64,000 bases of DNA from an uncultured Dehalococcoidales bacterium (GCA_964586515.1 CAZPGJ010000004.1:154539-218538), one strand, 5' to 3'. Positions 48,997 through 59,457 are shown, counted from the first letter of the stretch. A program made the numbers and translations. The notes: a model not told the origin generated them from the letters alone.

Positions 48997-49317
48997 ATGA
49001 CCGAAAGAAAAGAAGTGCAACCATATAGTCCAGAGGAGATACTTTCCTTCGACCGCATTAGAAGGGCTATGACAAGCAGAGTTTTGGATAGGATAGAAGA
49101 ATTGTGGCAGGGAAAACAGCCTCTAAGTGTTGAGCAGGTGAATGAAGTGATTGCGAGTGAATGGCAGAGAGTAAAGGATGCGGTAAGGTCATCACCAGCA
49201 GCACGGGAAGCTTTCCGTAAGTATTTGGAACGCACCGTCTCTGAACAAATAGACAAGTTGATGAAAGAGGATAAAACTGAGCTGGAATCATTAGGCGTTG
49301 TAGAGAAGAGTCTATAA
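48997..49317 (+). CDS. Hypothetical helical protein (106 aa)
   Basis: GGAGGT RBS and strong promoter upstream. Confidence 0.78.
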   Translation: MTERKEVQPYSPEEILSFDRIRRAMTSRVLDRIEELWQGKQPLSVEQVNEVIASEWQRVKDAVRSSPAAREAFRKYLERTVSEQIDKLMKEDKTELESLGVVEKSL

Positions 49318-49318
49318 A

Positions 49319-49564
49319 TTGGTCCCACAAGATAAAGTTAAGCTAGGCGAACACGTCAACCGAGACCGGGATATAGGTCAGTTGATTAATCACCTCGATA
49401 TGCTAGATGAGAGACTGGATAATTTGGATTCTATAGTAACATCACTTATAGAAAGGGTCATGGGAAGACCTCTTGCTATCGAAGTAACCTGCCCTAGTTG
49501 TGGTCAAACTATACAGATCAATGTCACCAGCGGTGTAAGGCTGCGAGGTAAAGAACAGCCATAG
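49319..49564 (+). CDS. Hypothetical coiled-coil + zinc-knuckle protein
   Basis: LDMLDERLDNLDSIV heptads then TCPSCGQ; starts 1 nt after the upstream stop; start codon uncertain. Confidence 0.65.
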   Translation: MVPQDKVKLGEHVNRDRDIGQLINHLDMLDERLDNLDSIVTSLIERVMGRPLAIEVTCPSCGQTIQINVTSGVRLRGKEQP

Positions 49565-49684
49565 CAAGCATCGTATTTTTATCAATGTTTAATTTCTAAA
49601 CCACCCAATGATAAGTAATCTTCTATTTCTGTCATATTATCAAATGGTTGCCCTGTTTAGCTATGTTTGTTACAATCGTCAAAT

Positions 49685-49757
49685 GGGCGGTTAGCTCAGT
49701 GGTTAGAGCGCTGCGTTGACATCGCAGAGGTCACTGGTTCAAGTCCAGTACCGCCCA
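49685..49757 (+). tRNA. tRNA-Val (GAC), CCA not encoded
   Basis: Acceptor GGGCGGT/ACCGCCC, D arm AGCTCAGTGGTTAGAGC, anticodon loop TTGACAT, T loop GGTTCAAGTCC. Confidence 0.96.
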
Positions 49758-49808
49758 TTTTTTGATGAAATCATGTTTGATTTCTAGATTTATAATAGAA
49801 AGTTAGAG

Positions 49809-51539
49809 ATGAAATCAAAAAAAGGGGATGAGCAACTGGAACGGATGCGTCACTCCGCATCTCATATCATGGCTGAGGCAGTACAATATCTCTTTCCCGA
49901 GGCTAAATTCGGCATTGGGCCGATCATTGAGAATGGTTTCTATTATGACTTTGAGCTGCCACGCCCATTAACACCGGAAGATTTGCCTGTAATTGAGAAC
50001 AAGATGAGGGAGATTATTAGTCAGGATGTACCGTTTGTTGCAGAGGAAATGAGTAAGGATGAAGCGCGTAAGCTCTTTGCTACTCAGCCCTATAAGCTGG
50101 AGCTTATCAACGAAATCACCGATAGCAGTGTAACTATCTATAAACAAGGTTCTTTCACCGATTTATGTCGTGGTCCTCATCTAGCCTCTACGGGTGAGGT
50201 AAAAGCATTTAAACTTACTCATCTAGCTGGAGCATACTGGCACGGTGATGAAAAGCGACCCATGTTGCAAAGAATTTATGGGGTGGCTTTTGAAAGCCAA
50301 CAAGAGCTTGACGATTATCTATTGTGGCAAGCTGAAGTCATTAAACGCGACCATAGAAAACTAGGTAAGGAACTTGACCTCTTCAGTACTCACGAGGAAA
50401 TTGGTCCTGGCTTAATTTGCTGGCACCCCAGAGGTGCTTTGATTCGACTAATCATCGAGGACTTCTGGAGGACAGAGCACATTAAGCGAGGCTATGACAT
50501 CGTTTACACTCCCCATATTGCCAAGCTCGATTTGTGGAAAACTAGCGGGCATTGGGAATTCTATCGGGATTATCTATTCTCACCGATGGAAATTGAGGGA
50601 CAGCAGTATATGCTAAAGCCCATGAACTGCTTGGGCCATATTTTGATTTATAAAAACCAGTTGCACAGTTATCGAAATTTGCCCTTGAGATATGCCGAGT
50701 TAGGCACAGTATATAGGTATGAGCGGGCTGGTGTATTATATGGGCTTGCTAGGGTCAGGGGATTTACTCAAGATGATGCTCACATTTTTTGCCGACCTGA
50801 TCAGGTTGAAGAAGAAGTAACGGAAGTTCTGAACCTGGCACAATTCATGATGTCTAGCTTTGGCTTTGGTGAGTATGAATTGTTGTTATCAACGCGTCCT
50901 GAGAAATATGCGGGCACAGTTTTAATGTGGGAAGAAGCTACGGGATCCTTGAAACACGTTCTAAAGAAACTTGCCTTGCCTTATGAAGTGGATCCTGGCG
51001 AGGGGGTTTTCTACGGGCCTAAAATCGATATTAAACTCAAAGACGCTTTAGGGCATGTTTGGCAAGGTCCTACCATCCAGGTTGATTTCAATTTGCCACA
51101 ACGCTTTAATGTCTGTTATATTGGTGAGGATGGCGTGGAACATAATGTGGTGATGATACATCGCACAGTTTTAGGTAGCATGGAGCGTTTTTTAGCTTGC
51201 CTCACAGAACATTATGGTGGTGTCTTCCCGGTATGGTTATCGCCGGTTCAAACAATAATAATTCCCATAGCAGATCGCCATGTTGGCTATGCACATAAGA
51301 TAGAGGGCGATTTCAAAAATGAGGGTATCCGGGTTCGGGTTGATGACCGCTCTGAGAGGATGAATTTGAAAATAAGAGAGGCTCAACTGGAGAAGGTCCC
51401 ATATATGCTTATAGTTGGTGATAAAGAAATGGCTTCATCCAGTGTGTCACTTCGCTTAAGGAATGGCGAGAATCTGGGCTTAGAAACTCTAGTACAGGTT
51501 GAGAATAGAATAAGGACAGCTATAGAGGCCAAGTCTTAA
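49809..51539 (+). CDS. thrS: Threonine-tRNA ligase
   Basis: RHSASH, DLCRGPH, RDHRKLG, KPMNC, RVRGFTQDDAH. Confidence 0.97.
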   Translation: MKSKKGDEQLERMRHSASHIMAEAVQYLFPEAKFGIGPIIENGFYYDFELPRPLTPEDLPVIENKMREIISQDVPFVAEEMSKDEARKLFATQPYKLELINEITDSSVTIYKQGSFTDLCRGPHLASTGEVKAFKLTHLAGAYWHGDEKRPMLQRIYGVAFESQQELDDYLLWQAEVIKRDHRKLGKELDLFSTHEEIGPGLICWHPRGALIRLIIEDFWRTEHIKRGYDIVYTPHIAKLDLWKTSGHWEFYRDYLFSPMEIEGQQYMLKPMNCLGHILIYKNQLHSYRNLPLRYAELGTVYRYERAGVLYGLARVRGFTQDDAHIFCRPDQVEEEVTEVLNLAQFMMSSFGFGEYELLLSTRPEKYAGTVLMWEEATGSLKHVLKKLALPYEVDPGEGVFYGPKIDIKLKDALGHVWQGPTIQVDFNLPQRFNVCYIGEDGVEHNVVMIHRTVLGSMERFLACLTEHYGGVFPVWLSPVQTIIIPIADRHVGYAHKIEGDFKNEGIRVRVDDRSERMNLKIREAQLEKVPYMLIVGDKEMASSSVSLRLRNGENLGLETLVQVENRIRTAIEAKS

Positions 51540-51565
51540 ATACTGTTCCAGGGGGTAGAAAGAGC

Positions 51566-52111
51566 ATAGTTAAAGAATTATTAACCAATAGAAGAATCAG
51601 AGCCAGAGAAGTTCGTCTCATAGGGGAAGATGGTGAACAGCTGGGCGTGGTGCCTCTACAGAAAGCATTACAAATTGCTTATGAGCGTGGCTTCGATTTG
51701 GTGCAAGTAGCATCAACAATGACGCCGCCAGTATGCCGACTTCTTGATTATGGTAAATATAAGTATGAGCAAACTAAAAAGGAACGCAAGGCGAAACGGG
51801 GCCAAAGAGTTGGCTTACTCAAGGAGGTTCGTTTAAGACCCAAGATAGAAGAGCATGATTTACAGGCAAAAATTAAGACCACGAAGAAATTATTGGAAGA
51901 GGGCAATAAGGTACGGTTAGTGCTAAGGTTTAGAGGACGCGAAATTATTTATCCTGAACTAGGTTGGAATGTGCTGCGTAAAGTGGCTGAAGCCTCGAAG
52001 GAATTAGCCGTGGTAAGTAGCTCCGTTAATGACGAGAGGAGTATAGCCGTGGTCTTATCCCCAGTTTCTCAGAAGAAATCTAAGGAGACAGGAACAAATG
52101 CCAAAACTTAA
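51566..52111 (+). CDS. infC: Translation initiation factor IF-3, ATA start
   Basis: In-frame ATA at 51566 after GGGGGT gives NRRIRAREVRLIGEDGEQLG; DYGKYKYE, KEVRLRPKI. Confidence 0.93.
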   Translation: MVKELLTNRRIRAREVRLIGEDGEQLGVVPLQKALQIAYERGFDLVQVASTMTPPVCRLLDYGKYKYEQTKKERKAKRGQRVGLLKEVRLRPKIEEHDLQAKIKTTKKLLEEGNKVRLVLRFRGREIIYPELGWNVLRKVAEASKELAVVSSSVNDERSIAVVLSPVSQKKSKETGTNAKT

Positions 52112-52295
52112 GACCCATAAAGGGGCAAAGAGCCGTTTTCATATAACGGGTAGCGGCAAGCTGATGCGCACTAAATGCGGTAAGAGCCATTTGAGGCGAA
52201 AGAAGGCTCCGAGAACTAAGCGCCTCTACGATGAAACGATACCGGTTTCCTCAGCGGATAGGAAGAGAGTAAGGAGACTTTTACCCTACAAATAG
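52098..52295 (+). CDS. rpmI: 50S ribosomal protein L35
   Basis: MPKLKTHKGAKSRF. Confidence 0.96.
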   Translation: MPKLKTHKGAKSRFHITGSGKLMRTKCGKSHLRRKKAPRTKRLYDETIPVSSADRKRVRRLLPYK

Positions 52296-52374
52296 ATAGT
52301 AGGGAGAGGAAGTAGTTCATTTTGTTATTAAAGAGAAAAAGATAACGCCCAAGAAGGATTAAAGGAGGAAGAAC

Positions 52375-52740
52375 TTGCCACGAGCTAGAAGCGGGAAAGT
52401 TACTCACAGACGACATAAGAAAGTACTTGAACTGACCAAAGGGCATCGGGCTGCCAGGCACAAGCTTTATACTGTAGCTCATCAGTCTATGCTTCATGCC
52501 TTAGATTATTCCTACCGTCATCGTCGTGAGCGGAAAGGCGACTTCAGAAGGCTATGGATTACTCGCATTAATGCTGCGGCACGGGCTAGAGGGCTTACTT
52601 ACAGTCAGTTTATAGTCGGGTTAAAAAAATCAAATGTAGAAATCGATCGCAAGATGTTAGCTGAGATGGCAGTCAAAGATCCTGAAGGTTTTGCTACATT
52701 AGTAGCTTCGGTAACTGAGAATAACTCACCCCGCTTGTAA
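52375..52740 (+). CDS. rplT: 50S ribosomal protein L20
   Basis: [25 protein letters not shown]; TTG start. Confidence 0.96.
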   Translation: MPRARSGKVTHRRHKKVLELTKGHRAARHKLYTVAHQSMLHALDYSYRHRRERKGDFRRLWITRINAAARARGLTYSQFIVGLKKSNVEIDRKMLAEMAVKDPEGFATLVASVTENNSPRL

Positions 52741-52799
52741 TGACGTTATGCCTGAAAAATCCAGGATTTTTGGATAAGGATAACATTGCGTGGCAGTCG

Positions 52800-53834
52800 A
52801 TGCTGAAACAACTCAAAGACCTTCATGCGCAAGCTCTCGAGGAGCTAAATAAAGTTGATAATCCGCGGGAGCTGGAGTTGTGGCGCGTTCGCCACCTGGG
52901 TAAGAAAAGCAGTTTAACTCAAATTCTACATTCTTTGGCTGCCTTGCCCCTGGAAAAACGACGAAGGGTGGGCGCCCAAGCTAACGAAATCAAGAGAGCT
53001 TTAGAGTCAAGCCTGGAAGAGAAGGGGAAATTACTACAGGAAGCCCTCTTGGCCTCTCCTCGGCAATCCCAAAGATTAGATGTTACCTTGCCTGGTCGGC
53101 CTCTCCCGGCAGGCCGACTTCACCCCACCACTCAAATACTTAAGGAAATTTGCGACGTTTTCCAAAATATGGGCTTTCAGGTAATTGAAGGACCTGACGT
53201 GGAGTGGGATTACTATAACTTTGAGGCCTTAAATATCCCCCAACACCATCCGGCGCGAGATATGTTTGCTACCCTATGGATAGATGCAGGCATAGGGGAG
53301 AAAGCCAGACTTTTGCGTACGCACACTTCCCCGATGCAGATCAGGTTGATGGAGAGGGAACGACCGCCAATAAGAGCCATAGTACCGGGTCGAGCTTATA
53401 GATATGAAGCGACCGACGCCACTCACGAATCTATGTTTTATCAGGTTGAGGGTCTGGCTGTGGATAAGGGCATAACCCTGGCTGATTTAAAAGGCACCTT
53501 GTTTGACTTTTGCCGTTGTATTTTCGGTGAGGAAAGGAAAATGCGCTTCCGCTGCGATTACTTCCCCTTCGTGGAACCCGGGGTAGAGGTAGCCATCGGG
53601 TGTTCAGCCTGCGGTGGGGTCGGCTGCCGACTGTGTGGCTACAGCGGCTGGATCGAAATACTGGGGGCGGGGATGGTGCATCCCGACGTCCTGGCACGGG
53701 TGGATATCGACCCCAAACTTTACAGTGGTTTTGCTTTCGGGTTGGGAGTTGAGCGTATACCTATGCTGCGCTATGGTATTGATGACATCCGCCTCTTTTA
53801 TAGCAATGACCTCAGGTTTCTGAGGCAGTTCTAA
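52800..53834 (+). CDS. pheS: Phenylalanine-tRNA ligase alpha subunit
   Basis: [30 protein letters not shown]; start trimmed to ATG 52800. Confidence 0.96.
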   Translation: MLKQLKDLHAQALEELNKVDNPRELELWRVRHLGKKSSLTQILHSLAALPLEKRRRVGAQANEIKRALESSLEEKGKLLQEALLASPRQSQRLDVTLPGRPLPAGRLHPTTQILKEICDVFQNMGFQVIEGPDVEWDYYNFEALNIPQHHPARDMFATLWIDAGIGEKARLLRTHTSPMQIRLMERERPPIRAIVPGRAYRYEATDATHESMFYQVEGLAVDKGITLADLKGTLFDFCRCIFGEERKMRFRCDYFPFVEPGVEVAIGCSACGGVGCRLCGYSGWIEILGAGMVHPDVLARVDIDPKLYSGFAFGLGVERIPMLRYGIDDIRLFYSNDLRFLRQF

Positions 53835-53850
53835 ATTTTAAGGTGATAAC

Positions 53851-56322
53851 ATGAAAGTTTCCCTCAAATGGCTCAAAGATTATGTTGACATAAAACTTGC
53901 TCCTGAAGAGCTGGCCAAGATGCTAACCATGGCTGGCTTGGAGGTCAAAAGCATGCAGGCTATAGGTGGCACCTGGGATAATGTGGTAATAGGGGAAGTA
54001 GTAGCAGTAAATCCTCATCCTAATGCTGACCGCCTTAAACTAGCTACAGTTGACGTGGGCACTGAGCAAGTCACCACGGTTTGCGGTGCCTCTAATATCG
54101 GCCTTGGTCAAAGAGTGACTTTTGCCCACATAGGAGCCCGGCTTATAGACCCGCACACTGGAGAAGCTATGGTGCTAAAGCCGGCTAAGATTCGTGGCGT
54201 TGTTTCCGAGGGCATGGTCTGCTCGGAGAAGGAGCTGGGGATTTCTGATAGTCACGAGGGCATTTTGGTATTGCCGCCGGAGGCGCCCATAGGCGCTCCT
54301 CTCGGTGCTTATCTGGGCGATGTGATTTTGGACTTAGATATAACGCCCAACCGCCCCGATTGCTTATCCGTAATTGGCATCGCCCGCGAAATTGCTGCCC
54401 TAACTGGCGAACCGCTGCGCTTGCCTGAGATTCGTTACGAAGAAACGGAAGATTCAATAGGTTCTTTCGCATCCGTTGACATAGCCGCTCCCGACCTGTG
54501 CCCCAGGTACTGTGCCAGCTTGGTTACCGGAATCAAGATAGCCCCCTCCCCGGGCTGGCTACAGCAGCGTCTCAATAGCTGCGGCATGCGTCCCATTAAC
54601 AACGTGGTTGATATTACTAATTATGTGATGCTGGAATATGGTCAGCCCCTTCACGCCTTTGATTATCATAAGCTTAGTGGCCGACAAATTATCGTTCGTA
54701 GGGCTGGAAATGGTGAGACCATAACTACCCTCGATGGCTCAAAGCGTGCTCTTATTCCGGACATATTGGTTATTGCCGATAAGGAGGAAGCTGTCGCTGT
54801 GGCTGGAATCATGGGTGGTCTGGATTCCGAAGTTACGGACAAGACTGACAGTATCCTCCTGGAATCGGCAAATTTTAACCAGGCTGCCATTCGTCGAGGT
54901 TGTAGCCATCTTCAATTCCAAAGTGAGGCCTCGATGCGCTTTGATAAAGGGCTTAATAGCGAGCTTCCGCTACTACCATTGAAACGGGCCACTCAATTGC
55001 TGCTGGAGCTAGCCGGCGGCAGGGTAGCCAAGGGCATAATTGATGTTTATCCCGGGGAATCAGAACCAAAGCCTATATTGCTTTCTGCCCAGGAAGTGAA
55101 ACGTATTTCGGGCTTGGAAGTTACTATTGAGGAAATGCTTAAGGTATTAAAAGCCTTAGGCTTTGAATGCCAGGAGGACAGTGCGGGCTCGCAGATTTTG
55201 GTGTCTGCGCCTTACTGGCGCAGCGACATCAAATGCTCTGCCGACCTCGTGGAGGAGGTAGTCCGCATCATCGGTTATGAAAAAGTCCCGATCACCAGGC
55301 TTGGCTCTCCTTTGCCTCAACAAAAATCAAAATTGTCACAGCCAGCCCAGCAGAGCAATCTCAAGGAGAAATTGCGCAACGTCCTGACTGGCTTTGGCTT
55401 TCAAGAGATATTAACTTATTCTCTGGTCAGCCTGGAGAAGTTGCAAAAGCTTTCCTCGAAGCTTGAGTTGAGTATTCCGCCTTTAAAGGTAGCTAACCCC
55501 ATGACGAGGGAACAAGAATACCTGCGTACCAGCTTGCGGGCTGGTCTTCTGGCCACGTTGGCACATAACCAAAAATTTGAGCAAGCCGGCATAAGGCTCT
55601 TTGAAATTGGCAAGGTATTCTTGCCCCAGCATCCTCACGTCATTGCGACCCTGAGTGAAACGAAGGGGAAGCAATCTCAAGAAGAAAGAGAGCTACCCCA
55701 GGAAAAAGAGATGCTCTGTGCTGTACTCAGCGGCGCAAGGGCAGAATTGTCCTGGCAAGCTGATAAAGAGCCGCTTGATTTCTTTGATGCCAAGGGGATA
55801 GTGGAGAATCTCCTGAACCATTTGGGGCTGAAACCGAGTTTTGATACTGGCGATGATGAAATTCTATTCCCGGGAAGAGGGGCTAATATAATCGTTGAAG
55901 GTGACAAAGTAGGTGTTGTAGGGGATATGCACCCCAGGGTAACACAAGCCTTTGAGCTTTCTGGTGCTGCTTGCCTTATAGAAGTTGACCTGGAGAAATT
56001 GTTGACCAAGATTACTGGAATAAAGGAATATCAACCTCTTCCACGGTTTCCCAGCGTAACCAGAGATATCGCCTTAGTAATAGATGAGCAAGTGAGCTAT
56101 GGAAGAGTAGAGAACATAATCCAAAGCTTCCCGCTAGTGACAAAAATAACTCTCTTTGACCTCTATCGAGGAGAGCAAATAGCCGAGGGCAAGAAGTCTT
56201 TTGCCATAAGGATTATTTACCAATCGCCCAGTCATACCTTGACCGACGAGGAAGTTGACCGGACTCAGGAACAGATGCTTAGTAGGCTGAATCAGGAACT
56301 TGGTGCCAGTTTGAGGGATTGA
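53851..56322 (+). CDS. pheT: Phenylalanine-tRNA ligase beta subunit, with two repeat-derived in-frame inserts
   Basis: [35 protein letters not shown]. Confidence 0.97.
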   Translation: MKVSLKWLKDYVDIKLAPEELAKMLTMAGLEVKSMQAIGGTWDNVVIGEVVAVNPHPNADRLKLATVDVGTEQVTTVCGASNIGLGQRVTFAHIGARLIDPHTGEAMVLKPAKIRGVVSEGMVCSEKELGISDSHEGILVLPPEAPIGAPLGAYLGDVILDLDITPNRPDCLSVIGIAREIAALTGEPLRLPEIRYEETEDSIGSFASVDIAAPDLCPRYCASLVTGIKIAPSPGWLQQRLNSCGMRPINNVVDITNYVMLEYGQPLHAFDYHKLSGRQIIVRRAGNGETITTLDGSKRALIPDILVIADKEEAVAVAGIMGGLDSEVTDKTDSILLESANFNQAAIRRGCSHLQFQSEASMRFDKGLNSELPLLPLKRATQLLLELAGGRVAKGIIDVYPGESEPKPILLSAQEVKRISGLEVTIEEMLKVLKALGFECQEDSAGSQILVSAPYWRSDIKCSADLVEEVVRIIGYEKVPITRLGSPLPQQKSKLSQPAQQSNLKEKLRNVLTGFGFQEILTYSLVSLEKLQKLSSKLELSIPPLKVANPMTREQEYLRTSLRAGLLATLAHNQKFEQAGIRLFEIGKVFLPQHPHVIATLSETKGKQSQEERELPQEKEMLCAVLSGARAELSWQADKEPLDFFDAKGIVENLLNHLGLKPSFDTGDDEILFPGRGANIIVEGDKVGVVGDMHPRVTQAFELSGAACLIEVDLEKLLTKITGIKEYQPLPRFPSVTRDIALVIDEQVSYGRVENIIQSFPLVTKITLFDLYRGEQIAEGKKSFAIRIIYQSPSHTLTDEEVDRTQEQMLSRLNQELGASLRD

Positions 56323-56432
56323 TTCTCTGAATCTAAAGTGAACAATCTGGACTTAATTTCGCTACTAGGTTTAATTTCCTCGAACTTTGCGAAGGTACAA
56401 AGCCTGTGTTAGGCGAAGTTGTCGGAAGCCTA

Positions 56433-57287
56433 TTAAATATTTTTGTAATAAAGAATTTCAGTTATTTTATAGGTAGCTTTGAGAACTTTAAATGCAATTT
56501 CATCGATTTCCATGTCACGGATTATTTTATACTCCTCCAATTTATCAACGGTTACTTTATAGTCCTCTTCTTTTTCGAAGATCTTTTCATATCCTCCTTC
56601 CTTTTTAGGGATCAATTTGTATGACTTTGCCTTACCTTCTGCACCTCTAACCTTTATATTTTTTCTGTTTTTAGCAAAATTCACCATCCACACGATATCT
56701 CCATGGATGAATTTATCCAAAACTTTCCTGCCTTCTTGACTTTTGAATTTAAGTTCCTGAAATGCCTCTTCAATTTCTTGTTTTTTCTCCTTTGGAACTT
56801 CTTCGATTAATTTAACTAAGGAGTTATACTTCTTATCCTTCTTCAACCATTCCAACTTCTTCAATATAACTTCAGATAATTCAGCGTTCCTGGTGGTTTC
56901 CTCCCTTGCTAACTTCTCGGCTAACCTTTCTCTTAGTCCAGACTCAATTGCGGTCCTACATAGACCAATTGTCCCTGCGGGAACTCCTGCTCTAAAACAC
57001 ATACTAGCAAATGTCAAATATTTGAAGATGTCCTTTTCACGCCGAACCCTTTCGAACTCTATGTTTCCTATTCTATCTCTATGTTTCAACAACTCATTAC
57101 TGATATTATTAGCTGCAAGCTCTCGGATGATTTGCTGCTCATGTAGAAAACCATAATTATTCGTTAGCATTTTGTCTATCCCCTCAATATCAGTATCTTT
57201 GGGTGTAAACCCATAGTGATATTTCACTATGTTTTTAATTCGTGCTTTTGCTTCACCAGAGATTGAAGACACCTTTGTTCCGCTCAT
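56433..57287 (-). CDS. AT-rich hypothetical protein, possibly HEPN/DUF4145-like
   Basis: 284-aa ORF with MCFRAG...TIGLCRTAIESGLRE helical pattern; composition visibly unlike its neighbours. Confidence 0.6.
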   Translation of the reverse strand: MSGTKVSSISGEAKARIKNIVKYHYGFTPKDTDIEGIDKMLTNNYGFLHEQQIIRELAANNISNELLKHRDRIGNIEFERVRREKDIFKYLTFASMCFRAGVPAGTIGLCRTAIESGLRERLAEKLAREETTRNAELSEVILKKLEWLKKDKKYNSLVKLIEEVPKEKKQEIEEAFQELKFKSQEGRKVLDKFIHGDIVWMVNFAKNRKNIKVRGAEGKAKSYKLIPKKEGGYEKIFEKEEDYKVTVDKLEEYKIIRDMEIDEIAFKVLKATYKITEILYYKNI

Positions 57288-57336
57288 GTTTAGGCTAAAC
57301 TTCTATAACTACTTGTTTACAAACCAAGTGTCTGTA

Positions 57337-59052
57337 TTACTCAGCTAATTCTTCCTTCAGTAGCCTGTTAACCTCGGCGGCCAAATTGTCTAAAGACAAA
57401 AGCTGGGCTTTGTTCTCCGCGCGCCATTTGGCCTCCACACTCTGGCTCTGTAAAGTGCGTGGGGATAAGGTCAAGCGCAGTGGTATTCCCAGGAGGTCGG
57501 CGTCGTTGAATTTAACGCCGGGAGACTCCTCACGGTCATCGAAAAGCACCTCAATGCCCTCTTTTTGCAAATCTTGATAAATCTTTTCCGCCGTAGGGAG
57601 GACTGCCGATTTTTCTAACGATAGGAGGCAAAGGTAAACTTGATAAGGGGCTGCGGAGAAAGGCCAGATAATACCTTTATCATCATGGCTTTGTTCTATG
57701 ATGGCAGCCAGCAACCGTCCCAGTCCAATGCCGTAGCTGCCCATAACAATAGGGCGGGACTTGCCATCGGTATCCAGGAACGATGCCCCGAATCTCTCAC
57801 TGATGAAGGTTCCTAGCTTGAATACATGCCCCACTTCGATGCTTCGGGTATACGTGAGCTTGTTGCCACACTTGGAGCAGCTGTCTCCAGACCGAGCCAA
57901 GGCAATATCAGCCATAAGGTCAACCTGGAAGTCCCTGGGGTAATTGGCATTCCTGAAGTGATACCCCGGCTTATTAGCGCCGACAATGAAGCTGGAGCCT
58001 GAAGTTATAGAATCATCAGCTACGACTTTTATTCCTTTTATACCTATGGGTGAAGCAAAACCAGCCACAAGTCCAGCTTCATTCACCTCGCCTTCCGTAG
58101 CCAGGCGAAGCTCAGAGCATTTTAGATTGTTTCTCAACTTCGTCTCGTTGACTTCCAGATCGCCCCGAATGACAACGAAGACGAATTCTCCGTCAGCATA
58201 ATAAAACACCGCCTTAAGCGTTTGGCTTGTCGGCACACCGATAAAATCAGCCACTTCCTCTATGGTCTCTGCATTCGGCGTGGCTATCTCCTCGAGGGGT
58301 AGAAGATTCTTCGCTTTGCTCTGGACAGCGGTTTTGGCAAATTGAGCCTTTTCAACATTGGCGGCATAGCCACAGTTGGAGCAATAAATAACCTCATCTT
58401 CACCGTCTTCGGTGAAGACCATGAACTCGTGGGAATCCTTGCCCCCTATAGCGCCACTATCGGCTTCTACCATTAACGCCGGCAGGCAAAGGCGGGCATA
58501 GATATTCTTGTATGCCTGACACATCTTCTGGTAACTCTCATCCAGGCCAGCTTCATCGGCGTCAAGGCTGTAAAGGTCTTTCATGATAAACTCGCGGACT
58601 CTCAATAAACCGCCGCGGGGACGGGGTTCATCGCGAAGTTTTACCTGTATTTGATAGAGGAGCAGGGGAAGCTCCCGGTAACTTTGCACGTATCGGTGGA
58701 CAAGGTCGGTAATAACCTCTTCATGGGTGGGTCCCAGAGCCAGTGTGTGCTCCTTGCGGTCGGTTAAGGTGAAGAGAGACTTGCCGAAGGATATATCCCT
58801 GCCTGATTGCTGCCACAGTTCAAGAGGCTGCAACACGGGCAGCATCACTTCCTGCCCGCCGGCTTTATCCATTTCGTCCCTGACTATATTCTCTATCTTT
58901 CTGAGCACTCGCCACCCCAGAGGCAGATAGGAGTAAATACCGGCAGCCTCCTGAGCAATCATGCCTGCCCTGAGCAGTAGCTGGTGGCTGACGCTTGCTG
59001 CTTCAGCAGGCGCCTGCCGTAATGTCTTGCCAAAAAGCTTTGAGAAACGCAT
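57337..59052 (-). CDS. proS: Proline-tRNA ligase (with INS editing domain)
   Basis: LGPTHEE, RDEPRPRGGLLRVREF, GAIGG, IEVGHVFKLG, GSYGIG. Confidence 0.97.
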   Translation of the reverse strand: MRFSKLFGKTLRQAPAEAASVSHQLLLRAGMIAQEAAGIYSYLPLGWRVLRKIENIVRDEMDKAGGQEVMLPVLQPLELWQQSGRDISFGKSLFTLTDRKEHTLALGPTHEEVITDLVHRYVQSYRELPLLLYQIQVKLRDEPRPRGGLLRVREFIMKDLYSLDADEAGLDESYQKMCQAYKNIYARLCLPALMVEADSGAIGGKDSHEFMVFTEDGEDEVIYCSNCGYAANVEKAQFAKTAVQSKAKNLLPLEEIATPNAETIEEVADFIGVPTSQTLKAVFYYADGEFVFVVIRGDLEVNETKLRNNLKCSELRLATEGEVNEAGLVAGFASPIGIKGIKVVADDSITSGSSFIVGANKPGYHFRNANYPRDFQVDLMADIALARSGDSCSKCGNKLTYTRSIEVGHVFKLGTFISERFGASFLDTDGKSRPIVMGSYGIGLGRLLAAIIEQSHDDKGIIWPFSAAPYQVYLCLLSLEKSAVLPTAEKIYQDLQKEGIEVLFDDREESPGVKFNDADLLGIPLRLTLSPRTLQSQSVEAKWRAENKAQLLSLDNLAAEVNRLLKEELAE

Positions 59053-59055
59053 ATT

Positions 59056-59301
59056 CTACTCTACTATTATGGTGGGTTTCTTAAATAATTTATACGATAC
59101 AAAATTTATAAGTAAAACTGCGCCCTCGCCCTTACAAAACGAGCAAGAAGGTTCAGTACTCACCACATACTCGCTAACACTTGGCTCATGAGTACCACCG
59201 TGGCACTTTGGACATATAACTTTTCTCGGTGTCAATAACTGTGTCAAAAACGTGAAAGTGGCTATAACTAGACTGATTATTGCTAAAGTAACTGCTAACA
59301 T
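59056..59301 (-). CDS. Small membrane-anchored zinc-finger protein
   Basis: N-terminal TM helix, CPKCHGG and CSFCKGEG (DnaJ-type CxxCxG repeats); stops 3 nt before the proS start. Confidence 0.55.
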   Translation of the reverse strand: MLAVTLAIISLVIATFTFLTQLLTPRKVICPKCHGGTHEPSVSEYVVSTEPSCSFCKGEGAVLLINFVSYKLFKKPTIIVE

Positions 59302-59457
59302 GATACTCTTTCCTTTATCTTGTCATTTTTCAAATAAAAGTTATTGATCTACCTCACCCCGAATCCCCTTAGTAGCTCCCTTATTTTAGGAATATTTTCA
59401 GTCATTTTGTTCCTCCTTTGGTATACAAAAGTATAATGACCCTGAGATAGCTAATTA

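Noticed and set aside
49758-52800. T-box or L20 leaders before thrS, infC or pheS
   Set aside because: The spacers are too short and no T-box consensus is seen.
53050-53080. PRQSQ in pheS as another repeat remnant (CGGCAATCCC)
   Set aside because: The match is too short and there is no evident length insertion.
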